Program-made: the position numbers and the translations under genes
Assembly: GCA_964016885.1 (NCBI GenBank)
Contig: OZ024742.1
Span: 77,996,001 to 78,060,000 of the forward strand
Length of the DNA stretch: 64,000 nt
Origin: Eledone cirrhosa
Taxonomy: Eukaryota
Direction: 5' to 3'
In this document: positions 27,692 through 42,010 of the stretch, piece after piece
Layout of the letters: every line of letters begins with the position of its first letter
Numbering within the stretch: the first letter of the stretch is position 1
Notes under the pieces: generated by a model
Databases searched by the model: none
Told to the model about the DNA's origin: nothing
Seen by the model: the letters and a program-made list of their open reading frames with translations, nothing else

Positions 27692-30600
27692 TCGTGCGCC
27701 GATTTTTCGATACTCGATCTTTCTAATATATTTAGCTCTGGACATAGCTATCCACCAGTTAATTTTATTGCTCATATTTTGTCGATTCTATTGAGTGATG
27801 AATAGCTTTTGTTTTATTTTAACATGTCTACTGAGCACTCTAATTCGATATGTGTATTTCCACATTCACTCGAATTATTTTCGCGGATATAGGGGTCATC
27901 TCCCTTGTCTAATGCCATGTGCGTTTTTCACCGCTAGTTGACTCCTTTGCCGCCAGGATAAAACTCGTTGACGACGTAAACTCCATTCCACTTATTCTAG
28001 TAGGCTTTTATATTTATATGTGAGCTGATAGAGTACTGTCTAAGGATTTACAGAAACCCATGAAGCTAGATTTAACACCTTTCTAGTGGGTCCGGGTATG
28101 ATTTTACATTCATTTAAATTATTGACGTATTGTTTTATTGATATTTTTTATCTGTTTGGCCCGAATCTTCCTTTATCGATTTTAAATCGTATGGTTGATT
28201 GTAGACTTGTTCTATATGTGACGGTATTTTAACGATAGTTATAGCTCTGATTCATCTGAATTATTGAGCCCTCTGCCGCTCATATCGGATTTCGTTTTTC
28301 GTTAACTCGTGCGCCGATTTTTCGATACTCGATCTTTCTAATATATTTAGCTCTGGACATAGCTATCCACCAGTTAATTTTATTGCTCATATTTTGTCGA
28401 TTCTATTGAGTGATGAATAGCTTTTGTTTTATTTTAACATGTCTATTGAGCACTCTAATTCGATATGTGTATTTCCACATTCACTCGAATTATTTTCGCG
28501 GATATAGGGGTCATCTCCCTTGTCTAATGCCATGTGCGTTTTTCACCGCTAGTTGACTCCTTTGCCGCCAGGATAAAACTCGTTGACGACGTAAACTCCA
28601 TTCCACTTATTCTAGTAGGCTTTTATATTTATATGTGAGCTGATAGAGTACTGTCTAAGGATTTACAGAAACCCATGAAGCTAGATTTAACACCTTTCTA
28701 GTGGGTCCGGGTATGATTTTACATTCATTTAAATTATTGACGTATTGTTTTATTGATATTTTTTATCTGTTTGGCCCGAATCTTCCTTTATCGATTTTAA
28801 ATCGTATGGTTGATTGTAGACTTGTTCTATATGTGACGGTATTTTAACGATAGTTATAGCTCTGATTCATCTGAATTATTGAGCCCTCTGCCGCTCATAT
28901 CGGATTTCGTTTTTCGTTAACTCGTGCGCCGATTTTTCGATACTCGATCTTTCTAATATATTTAGCTCTGGACATAGCTATCCACCAGTTAATTTTATTG
29001 CTCATATTTTGTCGATTCTATTGAGTGATGAATAGCTTTTGTTTTATTTTAACATGTCTATTGAGCACTCTAATTCGATATGTGTATTTCCACATTCACT
29101 CGAATTATTTTCGCGGATATAGGGGTCATCTCCCTTGTCTAATGCCATGTGCGTTTTTCACCGCTAGTTGACTCCTTTGCCGCCAGGATAAAACTCGTTG
29201 ACGACGTAAACTCCATTCCACTTATTCTAGTAGGCTTTTATATTTATATGTGAGCTGATAGAGTACTGTCTAAGGATTTACAGAAACCCATGAAGCTAGA
29301 TTTAACACCTTTCTAGTGGGTCCGGGTATGATTTTACATTCATTTAAATTATTGACGTATTGTTTTATTGATATTTTTTATCTGTTTGGCCCGAATCTTC
29401 CTTTATCGATTTTAAATCGTATGGTTGATTGTAGACTTGTTCTATATGTGACGGTATTTTAACGATAGTTATAGCTCTGATTCATCTGAATTATTGAGCC
29501 CTCTGCCGCTCATATCGGATTTCGTTTTTCGTTAACTCGTGCGCCGATTTTTCGATACTCGATCTTTCTAATATATTTAGCTCTGGACATAGCTATCCAC
29601 CAGTTAATTTTATTGCTCATATTTTGTCGATTCTATTGAGTGATGAATAGCTTTTGTTTTATTTTAACATGTCTATTGAGCACTCTAATTCGATATGTGT
29701 ATTTCCACATTCACTCGAATTATTTTCGCGGATATAGGGGTCATCTCCCTTGTCTAATGCCATGTGCGTTTTTCACCGCTAGTTGACTCCTTTGCCGCCA
29801 GGATAAAACTCGTTGACGACGTAAACTCCATTCCACTTATTCTAGTAGGCTTTTATATTTATATGTGAGCTGATAGAGTACTGTCTAAGGATTTACAGAA
29901 ACCCATGAAGCTAGATTTAACACCTTTCTAGTGGGTCCGGGTATGATTTTACATTCATTTAAATTATTGACGTATTGTTTTATTGATATTTTTTATCTGT
30001 TTGGCCCGAATCTTCCTTTATCGATTTTAAATCGTATGGTTGATTGTAGACTTGTTCTATATGTGACGGTATTTTAACGATAGTTATAGCTCTGATTCAT
30101 CTGAATTATTGAGCCCTCTGCCGCTCATATCGGATTTCGTTTTTCGTTAACTCGTGCGCCGATTTTTCGATACTCGATCTTTCTAATATATTTAGCTCTG
30201 GACATAGCTATCCACCAGTTAATTTTATTGCTCATATTTTGTCGATTCTATTGAGTGATGAATAGCTTTTGTTTTATTTTAACATGTCTATTGAGCACTC
30301 TAATTCGATATGTGTATTTCCACATTCACTCGAATTATTTTCGCGGATATAGGGGTCATCTCCCTTGTCTAATGCCATGTGCGTTTTTCACCGCTAGTTG
30401 ACTCCTTTGCCGCCAGGATAAAACTCGTTGACGACGTAAACTCCATTCCACTTATTCTAGTAGGCTTTTATATTTATATGTGAGCTGATAGAGTACTGTC
30501 TAAGGATTTACAGAAACCCATGAAGCTAGATTTAACACCTTTCTAGTGGGTCCGGGTATGATTTTACATTCATTTAAATTATTGACGTATTGTTTTATTG

Positions 30601-33600
30601 ATATTTTTTATCTGTTTGGCCCGAATCTTCCTTTATCGATTTTAAATCGTATGGTTGATTGTAGACTTGTTCTATATGTGACGGTATTTTAACGATAGTT
30701 ATAGCTCTGATTCATCTGAATTATTGAGCCCTCTGCCGCTCATATCGGATTTCGTTTTTCGTTAACTCGTGCGCCGATTTTTCGATACTCGATCTTTCTA
30801 ATATATTTAGCTCTGGACATAGCTATCCACCAGTTAATTTTATTGCTCATATTTTGTCGATTCTATTGAGTGATGAATAGCTTTTGTTTTATTTTAACAT
30901 GTCTATTGAGCACTCTAATTCGATATGTGTATTTCCACATTCACTCGAATTATTTTCGCGGATATAGGGGTCATCTCCCTTGTCTAATGCCATGTGCGTT
31001 TTTCACCGCTAGTTGACTCCTTTGCCGCCAGGATAAAACTCGTTGACGACGTAAACTCCATTCCACTTATTCTAGTAGGCTTTTATATTTATATGTGAGC
31101 TGATAGAGTACTGTCTAAGGATTTACAGAAACCCATGAAGCTAGATTTAACACCTTTCTAGTGGGTCCGGGTATGATTTTACATTCATTTAAATTATTGA
31201 CGTATTGTTTTATTGATATTTTTTATCTGTTTGGCCCGAATCTTCCTTTATCGATTTTAAATCGTATGGTTGATTGTAGACTTGTTCTATATGTGACGGT
31301 ATTTTAACGATAGTTATAGCTCTGATTCATCTGAATTATTGAGCCCTCTGCCGCTCATATCGGATTTCGTTTTTCGTTAACTCGTGCGCCGATTTTTCGA
31401 TACTCGATCTTTCTAATATATTTAGCTCTGGACATAGCTATCCACCAGTTAATTTTATTGCTCATATTTTGTCGATTCTATTGAGTGATGAATAGCTTTT
31501 GTTTTATTTTAACATGTCTATTGAGCACTCTAATTCGATATGTGTATTTCCACATTCACTCGAATTATTTTCGCGGATATAGGGGTCATCTCCCTTGTCT
31601 AATGCCATGTGCGTTTTTCACCGCTAGTTGACTCCTTTGCCGCCAGGATAAAACTCGTTGACGACGTAAACTCCATTCCACTTATTCTAGTAGGCTTTTA
31701 TATTTATATGTGAGCTGATAGAGTACTGTCTAAGGATTTACAGAAACCCATGAAGCTAGATTTAACACCTTTCTAGTGGGTCCGGGTATGATTTTACATT
31801 CATTTAAATTATTGACGTATTGTTTTATTGATATTTTTTATCTGTTTGGCCCGAATCTTCCTTTATCGATTTTAAATCGTATGGTTGATTGTAGACTTGT
31901 TCTATATGTGACGGTATTTTAACGATAGTTATAGCTCTGATTCATCTGAATTATTGAGCCCTCTGCCGCTCATATCGGATTTCGTTTTTCGTTAACTCGT
32001 GCGCCGATTTTTCGATACTCGATCTTTCTAATATATTTAGCTCTGGACATAGCTATCCACCAGTTAATTTTATTGCTCATATTTTGTCGATTCTATTGAG
32101 TGATGAATAGCTTTTGTTTTATTTTAACATGTCTATTGAGCACTCTAATTCGATATGTGTATTTCCACATTCACTCGAATTATTTTCGCGGATATAGGGG
32201 TCATCTCCCTTGTCTAATGCCATGTGCGTTTTTCACCGCTAGTTGACTCCTTTGCCGCCAGGATAAAACTCGTTGACGACGTAAACTCCATTCCACTTAT
32301 TCTAGTAGGCTTTTATATTTATATGTGAGCTGATAGAGTACTGTCTAAGGATTTACAGAAACCCATGAAGCTAGATTTAACACCTTTCTAGTGGGTCCGG
32401 GTATGATTTTACATTCATTTAAATTATTGACGTATTGTTTTATTGATATTTTTTATCTGTTTGGCCCGAATCTTCCTTTATCGATTTTAAATCGTATGGT
32501 TGATTGTAGACTTGTTCTATATGTGACGGTATTTTAACGATAGTTATAGCTCTGATTCATCTGAATTATTGAGCCCTCTGCCGCTCATATCGGATTTCGT
32601 TTTTCGTTAACTCGTGCGCCGATTTTTCGATACTCGATCTTTCTAATATATTTAGCTCTGGACATAGCTATCCACCAGTTAATTTTATTGCTCATATTTT
32701 GTCGATTCTATTGAGTGATGAATAGCTTTTGTTTTATTTTAACATGTCTATTGAGCACTCTAATTCGATATGTGTATTTCCACATTCACTCGAATTATTT
32801 TCGCGGATATAGGGGTCATCTCCCTTGTCTAATGCCATGTGCGTTTTTCACCGCTAGTTGACTCCTTTGCCGCCAGGATAAAACTCGTTGACGACGTAAA
32901 CTCCATTCCACTTATTCTAGTAGGCTTTTATATTTATATGTGAGCTGATAGAGTACTGTCTAAGGATTTACAGAAACCCATGAAGCTAGATTTAACACCT
33001 TTCTAGTGGGTCCGGGTATGATTTTACATTCATTTAAATTATTGACGTATTGTTTTATTGATATTTTTTATCTGTTTGGCCCGAATCTTCCTTTATCGAT
33101 TTTAAATCGTATGGTTGATTGTAGACTTGTTCTATATGTGACGGTATTTTAACGATAGTTATAGCTCTGATTCATCTGAATTATTGAGCCCTCTGCCGCT
33201 CATATCGGATTTCGTTTTTCGTTAACTCGTGCGCCGATTTTTCGATACTCGATCTTTCTAATATATTTAGCTCTGGACATAGCTATCCACCAGTTAATTT
33301 TATTGCTCATATTTTGTCGATTCTATTGAGTGATGAATAGCTTTTGTTTTATTTTAACATGTCTATTGAGCACTCTAATTCGATATGTGTATTTCCACAT
33401 TCACTCGAATTATTTTCGCGGATATAGGGGTCATCTCCCTTGTCTAATGCCATGTGCGTTTTTCACCGCTAGTTGACTCCTTTGCCGCCAGGATAAAACT
33501 CGTTGACGACGTAAACTCCATTCCACTTATTCTAGTAGGCTTTTATATTTATATGTGAGCTGATAGAGTACTGTCTAAGGATTTACAGAAACCCATGAAG

Positions 33601-33869
33601 CTAGATTTAACACCTTTCTAGTGGGTCCGGGTATGATTTTACATTCATTTAAATTATTGACGTATTGTTTTATTGATATTTTTTATCTGTTTGGCCCGAA
33701 TCTTCCTTTATCGATTTTAAATCGTATGGTTGATTGTAGACTTGTTCTATATGTGACGGTATTTTAACGATAGTTATAGCTCTGATTCATCTGAATTATT
33801 GAGCCCTCTGCCGCTCATATCGGATTTCGTTTTTCGTTAACTCGTGCGCCGATTTTTCGATACTCGATC

Positions 33870-33881
<12 letters not shown>
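27692..33881 (+). repeat. Tandem array of ten 615-bp units plus a 40-bp partial unit; retrozyme-like multimer
   Basis: tcgtgcgccgatttttcga recurs at 27692 + 615n up to 33842. Units look identical except C vs T at 27831. Flanked by CA/TA microsatellite, with no ORF of 60 aa or more. Confidence 0.97.
27963..28097 (+). ncRNA. Variant type I hammerhead ribozyme, repeated in every 615-bp unit
   Basis: actcg-TTGACGA(27968-74)-cgtaaa...tttaca-GAAA(28053-56)-ccca...ctaga/tctag...tggg-TC(28092)-cgggt. Stem I 5 bp, stem II about 78 nt, stem III 5+5 bp. Deviations are C3U and a C-A closing pair in stem II. Confidence 0.7.
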
Positions 33882-33914
<33 letters not shown>

Positions 33915-34428
33915 AGGGGGAGAGATGAATTTCGATAGTAAGATAGCTAGACACATAGCTATACTTTAAGAATTATTAAATAGCATTTACAGTAATAAGA
34001 AAATATATGTATATCCATTCTATGGTATGAATATTCAGATTTTAGACATATGCGTATATTTTGATTGCAAACTTTATACGCATATCACAGACATATTTTT
34101 ACACAATACATATCATATATACATATGTGAGCAATCATATATGTATTTATGTGTGTGAGCGTGTGCAGGTATCACATGTGTATAGGAATGTATATTTGAG
34201 TGGAATTATCTATTGCAAAATATAATTTCTGCATATATAAACCTTATATTTTTTTAAATATATATGTGTATGCTTCCGTGCATATGCATAAATATATATG
34301 TGTGTGCATATATATATGTGTGTGCATATATATATATGTATGTATATATATACATATATATACATATATATATACAAATAAGTATGTTTTGAAACAGTGA
34401 GCAGGTTTGAAATTAGAAAATAGAATAG

Positions 34429-34609
34429 CTTTCACCGTATTTTTTTAAAAGAAATTTTAGTCTGATAATGGGGTTTAGAACCCTCAGATAAATGTAAAAA
34501 GATGAGTATTGACGTACATGCACGTCAATACTCATCTTTTTCCCTTTATCTGAGGGTTCTAAACCCCATTATCAGACTAAAATTTCTTTAGTCAAAAATA
34601 CGGTGAAAG
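34429..34609. repeat. Near-spacerless palindrome, about 88-bp arms
   Basis: ctttcaccgtat...gagtattgacgt acatgc acgtcaatactc...atacggtgaaag, adjoining (TA)n. Confidence 0.93.
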
Positions 34610-34630
34610 ATATATATATATACATATATG

Positions 34631-34730
<100 letters not shown>

Positions 34731-34759
34731 TATGTATGTATATGTACATATATATGTAC

Positions 34760-34897
<138 letters not shown>

Positions 34898-36096
34898 GTG
34901 TGTGTGTGTGTACCAGCGCCAACGTCGATTAAAAGGTTGGGGTTCAAAGAAAACACATTTACTCCATTCTTGCTTTGATGCCGAAATGCAAGAATTTAAC
35001 ATCATTACCCTGAAAAGAAATATGAAAGAGGACATGAAAACCACCCATAAATACACACAAACACAGATGAACTTACACACACACAAAAACAATTAAATTC
35101 ATATTCACTATCCAATATATACATACACCCGCACAATTCCAAATGACATATATTACTGGCGCAGGACAGAAAGAGTAGTAAAATCTCATATACTCTATAC
35201 TTAGAAGTAGAATCAGTGGCTGCGAGAAAGATAGATATATGGGAGAGAGTGTATTAAGGAAGATGACACTCTCAGGAAAGAGACGGAGAAGAAGAGAGAG
35301 AGATGTATATAAAGAGAGAGCTATATATATAGAGAGAGAGAGAGAGAGGTATAGATATAGATAGAAAGAGAGAGAGAGTGGGAGGGAAAGAGATAGAGAG
35401 AGAGTCAGGGAATATGGATTGCAAAATATAGAGAGGAAAATAATTGCCAGAAATCCGCAGTGAAAATGTTCATAGATCGGGCTGATAGGTAAGGGGAGGG
35501 CGTAGTACCATTCATGTTGTTTGCTAGACTGTTTATGACTAATCGAAGAATGACCAACCTCCATCAAAACGTGATAAAAGTTGAATAGTAAAATACACTG
35601 TAAGTTCTTAGAGTAGATATTTGCCGCCGCCTAAGTTCCTTTGACCGGTCGGTTAGTCTTAGAAGGAGAATAATAGGAATCAACTTAGATCGACTAACTA
35701 TAAATTCTTATGGTAGCCTTTTAAAGGATATTTTTACGTTCGCCAATACTGCATTTAACTGCCTTTAGGGTATAAAAACCTAGCCATTCTTTGAAGTATT
35801 TAGATTTTTATCCGAAACGACTGATTAAATCAATCGAATATACATAGATAGAGTGCGTGAATAAATGAGAGAGGAAAGAGTGAAATAAAGAGGTAAACAA
35901 AAAGGGTAGAGAGAAAGAGGGAAAGAAACAGAGAGTTTAAAATATGTGTGAGAGTGTTAATTCAAGACTGAATATAAGGGCAAAACGAACGACTGCGTGA
36001 GAGAATGACTATTGATGTATAATTATATAGTCACACACATACACACACATACATACCCGCATACACACTCACACACGCACACACACATATGTATGT

Positions 36097-36159
<63 letters not shown>

Positions 36160-36265
36160 CGTGGTGTGTGTGTGATTTTTATTTGGAAAATATTGGATAT
36201 ATGTGTGTATGTATATTTCTATCAATCTAACTTTCTAACTATTTGGTTATCTATGAATTTACACC

Positions 36266-36327
<62 letters not shown>

Positions 36328-39040
36328 CAAATCTGAAGTATCTAAACAACACACATACAGCCACATATATACACGCACATTCATTTATATAGTTCAACTA
36401 TGTGTGGATGTGTGCGTGTGTGTGTGAATATATATATATGTATTTATCTACATATATTTCTAAAGATGAGAGCCAGTAATCTCACAATCATATATGACAA
36501 TGTTTTGATCTTCTTCCTTTTTACTCCTTATATGCAAAGCGCCCCCTTGCTAATAATACAATAAATGGAAATTTTCACACCATATAATGGTATATTAGAT
36601 TTTAAGTCCTTTAACCCTTTCACTTTTCAGTTTAAGATATTGAAACGTTCTACCCATAAATTTATAGGAATAGTTAGAAGTGTTTCTCACGTTCTGTAGT
36701 ATCCATTGTTTACAGATAAATCTATTATCACAAGTTATATTTTACCTGGAGTGCAGCTATGCTCCCTAGCGAATATTAACGTTTTTTCTGTTATTTTTTT
36801 ATTTTTTATTCTATTCATTTATTCATTTTTGATAAATTATTGATAATCAATTCTGTTATTTTCTTAATAGTATTTATTAATTATAGATATAGCTATCATA
36901 AGTATATTAAATCTTAGCTGTCATCCTTCTCAACCATGTTTTCAAGTGTTGTCAAAACTTGTAGATCAAAGGCCACATCAAAATAAATCTCATCGTAGGA
37001 AGATTAATTGTAAAAATACCGGACAATTAGTTTATAGCAAATAGATACGTCTCGTTGCTTTCATAGATCAAATCATTTTAGAGACACCTTTGTATTTTAT
37101 TGATCCTGGATCTGTTTACCAAGTTTGTTCTTTCCAAAAGTCTTGGACCAATCATGTCACAAATTATACTTATCCTTCATTCTTTTAAGTTCTAATTCCA
37201 CATTCTGCCTAGATAATTTTACCTTTCATCCTCATTCCATTGTGGTCGATAAAGTACGTACCATACAAGACTTATAGTCGATTGAATTGACTATAAAACG
37301 TGTTGGTCTTATGCCAACATTTAGAATCATTATTATTGCGGATATAGTTTTCATAAATTTCAGTTTCTTTCCACTTCGCATGTGCTACGAATACAACAGT
37401 TTTGTTGCTAACGAAGATAAGTTACTTAACAATTTCCCAATATAGATTATAAATTCATAATATATTGCTACCCTACCAGCGGCAGCAACAAAGAGTGTAA
37501 TGATATAACTTATATTAGTGTTGTAGCAGCGAGAGAATCAGCAATAAAATAATTGGTCCAAGCGAATAGGAATGGCGTTTAAAGTTCGGAAGAACACGTT
37601 TATCTCAACAAGGCTTGATGAAATTAACATCTAATGACAAGGACAAACACAAAATATTTTTCCGGCTTCCAATCGATCAAAGTAACTAATCGATAATGTT
37701 TAGTTCGTTTTGGGTCGATCTGAACAAATTAATTATTTTATCTTGCATCTATTGCTAACAATATTATTGATGGAAGTTAGGTCTCATTGTCAGGTTATTT
37801 TCGAATATACGCCCTTACACACGTTGTATATGAGGAATATATATATACACAATTATCTGAGTGTGTATAAGTGCCTATTCAAAGCGTATATGTTTCTTTA
37901 TATATCAGCACGAATTTGCCCTAAACAAATGAGTCCTCTAGCATCATTATTCAGTCGTAGTTGATTTCTGGCCGTCAGCCATCTTTTTATGTCATAGATT
38001 ATTATATGTTTCTTAGAGATCTGATAATGTTTATATGTGTTTCTTGTATGCACGCACGCACATGAATGCGTGAATCTGTGCATCTTTCTCCTTTATTAAT
38101 GAAATAACAGCCTTAATGTATGTGTTTGCGCTCAAGTGTTACTGTAAAGATTTGTATTCTTACACATCAAGAGTGCACATGAAGCTGTTCTTGTGAATAT
38201 AATGCCTGCAACTATCGGTCATGAGAGCTGGCTGTGATTCGTATTGTCATTAATATATCGTCTCTACAAAGAAGAAGTCCCCAAGATCAATTACGCTCGC
38301 GGTAAACAGGTTGAATATTAAACGAGTGAGAGCGCATACTAGTAAATCACTAATAAAGAAAGGAGTCATCACGGAAGTGAAACCAATATGTATAATCTCA
38401 GTGTAAGAATTATAATAGTTGATCTCTCTAAATAATACTTTTTTAATGTGAGGATAGACGCCTACATCCACCCCCACCCTCTCACCATATATATGTGCAT
38501 GTGTGTGTGTACATAAGTCAGATTTCTTTGTATGGTGCCGTTCACGACATATCATTCTAGAGACATATCTGCGACTAAACAAATATAGCCAGAGGAGCTG
38601 CTTGAAACACACCAGAAAAAGAACAAGATGTGTCAAAATGATGGAAGAACTGAACTGACAGATATTTTGCAACTGTATTTGAGGAGAGAAGTACTGAAGA
38701 TGGTGATGGAACACGATATTTATCAACTTGAATAGTAATGTCCCCTTCAGTTCATAATCTAGGAGAATGTTACTCAGAGGAAAAACCTGAAAAGCATTCT
38801 ATTTCTGGTCGTTGCATTCAACGGTGGGCCGCTGAATGGAAAGCTGTTTGCTATTAAATATGACTGTTGTTCTTTATACCGTAATCAATTCTACACATAG
38901 AACATTCTTGGAAGCATATCAGACAACTGTTCATTCAGAAGTGGTAATAGTCTTCGAGATTGTTGTACTCAAACACGACATGACTTCCAGGAAACCTATC
39001 ACACTCGCACTTAGTTTATGGTATAGTAGATGCACCAACG

Positions 39041-39110
<70 letters not shown>

Positions 39111-40329
39111 AGGGTGTCCCAAAGTGTGTATACAATTTCGGAGACAACCTATATATATATATAGTATAAATGCGTGTGCATTTGTGAGTGTGTGTGTGTG
39201 CGTGTGTGTGTGTGGGTCTGTGTGTGTGTGTGTGCGTGTGTGTGTGTGCGTGTGTGTTTCACACACACAAACAAAAACATTCAATGCAAAGGGTAGATTA
39301 AATTATATATATTCAGCTAAGACGTTATGCAGTTACCTTGTCGTTTGGTTGAGAAAACAAGAATTTATCGTTATTATATATGGACATATAAGAGTGTCTA
39401 TGTGGGAAGAGGTCTGTGTGTATGCATTTATATAAAATAAATGATATAAAATTATTTTTCCGAAATCTGCCATTTATAGCAGTAACTAATAATTTAAACT
39501 TTCAATAAGAAACTTTGAAGATATAAAAATGTTCATTTAACACCCCTCCATCTTTATCGTTTCAAAATGCTCTAATCATGAATTTAAATTAGTTGATAAC
39601 CCTTTCTATCAAAGCAAATTTTCTGTGAGAATGTCAAGGGTCTCTCATTAATAGGTTTCTTTCAAGTCTTTCTTGTAATGATCAGTGGAAGAAAACGATT
39701 CATCTGACGTGAGTTGCCCGAATTAGATAGAATTAGTTAAGAAAAGATTCTCTGATAAAGACGATAAGTGTCTATTGTTTGTGTTATTCAAACTTAAAAC
39801 CGAAATACGTCTTGCATGTAGCAACGATTTTCGTTATAAAAATCCGTCAGAAGTCATTTCTCTTTCTGTTTAACTCTTGATAATTATTTCATAGAAGAAA
39901 AATAACCGCAATTACGCTGGTGAACCAGCATTGAATCGCACTATTAATTTTCAGATTGATGTTTTCCAAACAGACCAAACGAAATAAATCAACGTGCTGG
40001 AGGTTCAAACATTGATGCTTTTCACGTCGAACTATAACGCCCATGTTTCGTAAGAGAAGGCATTTAATTATTTCTCGTTGCACAGTGTATATAGAGAAAG
40101 CAATCTTGTAATAGACCATCCGTCTCTATGTTAATTTTGACAGGGAGATCATGCGTTACAAATAGGGCCACCTCGGTATTTTAATTCGAAAGTATTGTGT
40201 CATTTACCACATGGTTCAACATATTCTTTCGTTTTTAAAAACGGTAGACTGTGATTTTTACACTACTTTTAGCAAGCTGATTAAAAGCATCGAAGCACAA
40301 TCATAGGCTGTTAATGAGTGGGCCTGAAA

Positions 40330-41995
40330 TTTACAGGGATAATTATGTTCACCGAGAGGTTCTGCTTCAGCTGTTAAATGATGTGGGTGAAAGTAGCTTG
40401 GTGTGACGCCAGGTGGAAAGAGAACCCCTTGATTCAATCAAGTGGACAGTGATGCCATCAGAGCACAAAAGAAACCTTACAAATCTTGGCATGGAAATAG
40501 GTCCTCCTTCTTGCACTAGTCATACAAACATGTGCGAAAAGAGACAGTAAAGACGTTCAAAGTAAAGACATGGGAATTTTTTTTTTTTTGTTTAAGCTGG
40601 AATACGACTTCTGATTAGCAAATAATGCTTTCGGGCAGACTGTTGGCCAACGTCGTAATAAGACTTCCTCCTCCCTGCCTGCTATCAAAAACATGTCTGG
40701 GGTTCTCCTCTATATAGAGAGGAACATCCTCGCAAACTGGAGATAATACTTTGATAATGACTTAAACCTGGTCAAAACAACATCTTCTGAGGTGCTTCTG
40801 AAAACGATGACTAATCTGTCGGAGGCTAAGATCACAAGATAAATTAAAGAGCTCAAATGTGACAAGGCCGATGGGGACGAGGAAATTCAGCACTAGATGT
40901 TAAAAACCTTAAATAGAGAAGGTATTCTCTGACTGTCTCGTGTGTGCCGGGTATACAGGATGGTTGAAAAGGCATCTAAGCAATGGCAATGGGAAGTGAT
41001 CATCCCAATTTTGAAAAAAGGGGACAAGAGAGATTGCATCCATTATAAGGGGATCTTCTTGCTAAGCCTACACTGCAAAGTCTAAGCTAAGTGTCTGGTA
41101 AAAATATGCAGCGAGGTTGTTGAGTTGAAGACAACTGATGTACAGTGTGGTTGTTGCCCTAAACGTAGCACAGTGGACCTAATATCGACACTGCAGCAGG
41201 TCTTTGAGAAATATTGGGAGTATTGACAAGAGGTGTATGCTTGGTCCATAGCAATCGAAAAGGCATACGAAAAGGCAATCGAAAAGGCATCTTTCCATGG
41301 GACAGACTGTAGATGATTCTTTAAAAGTATGAGATGGATGCACACTTATTCTGCTATGTCTATCGGATTGCTCTAGTATTTGTGTTCGGATAAATTGTGC
41401 TCAAACGAAAGCAGCCGATAGGGGACCTAGAAGCAAACTCCAAGCAAGACTGTTGGATAATATCTAAGGGCTCGGCTTATCTCGCTTTGGGATGCTGAGA
41501 ATTGCTTCCGACAAAACCTGCTGGAAGGCGGCTGTGAAAGCTTTGCCCCACAACAGTCCCACGAATAGTTGGGCGAAGAAGAAGAAGAAGAAGAAGAAGA
41601 AGAAGAAGAAGAAGAAGAAGAAGAAGAAGAAGAAGAAGAAGAAGATAACTATATAAAACCGTTGAAATTGAGTATCAGTACTCAATAGAGAGCGTTGCTT
41701 AGAGATGAGAGTCACTACAGGTACAGCCGCTACTTGTTCAAATTGAGAGATCACTGCTCTGATACTATGGGCATGTGGTTATAATGTCTCAAGAAAGAAT
41801 CGCTGGACAGTTTTACGGACAAAACCAACGAACAGGAGATCTCGAGCAGCATGGTTGCATAGCATCCATGTGCTTGACTGGTCTCGCTTGGGGATCAAGC
41901 CAAATCAGTTGCTTCTGACTAGAACCGCAGAAAGAAGTGTTTGAGGACTCGGCCCAATGACCTTCTCAAGAATAAGTGCGCGAAGTTGAAGAAGA
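40330..41995 (+). mobile_element. Decayed RTE-clade LINE fragments with (GAA)n tails
   Basis: 40860-41100 translates KADGDEEI...VIIPILKKGDKRDCIHYKGIFLLSLHCKV. (GAA)n at 41575-41645. 41650-41990 resembles the reverse complement of the RTE 3' end at 6150-6480. Confidence 0.75.
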
Positions 41996-42010
41996 GAGAG
42001 AGAAAATATC

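Noticed and set aside
27692-33881. CRISPR array, rDNA/snRNA cluster or coding repeat
   Set aside because: No repeat-spacer alternation, no recognisable 5S, tRNA or snRNA sequence, and no ORF of 60 aa or more.
38550-40270. Possible Tc1/mariner remnants (cagggtgtcccaaag at about 39109)
   Set aside because: Too degraded; no partner TIR or DDE motif could be confirmed by eye.
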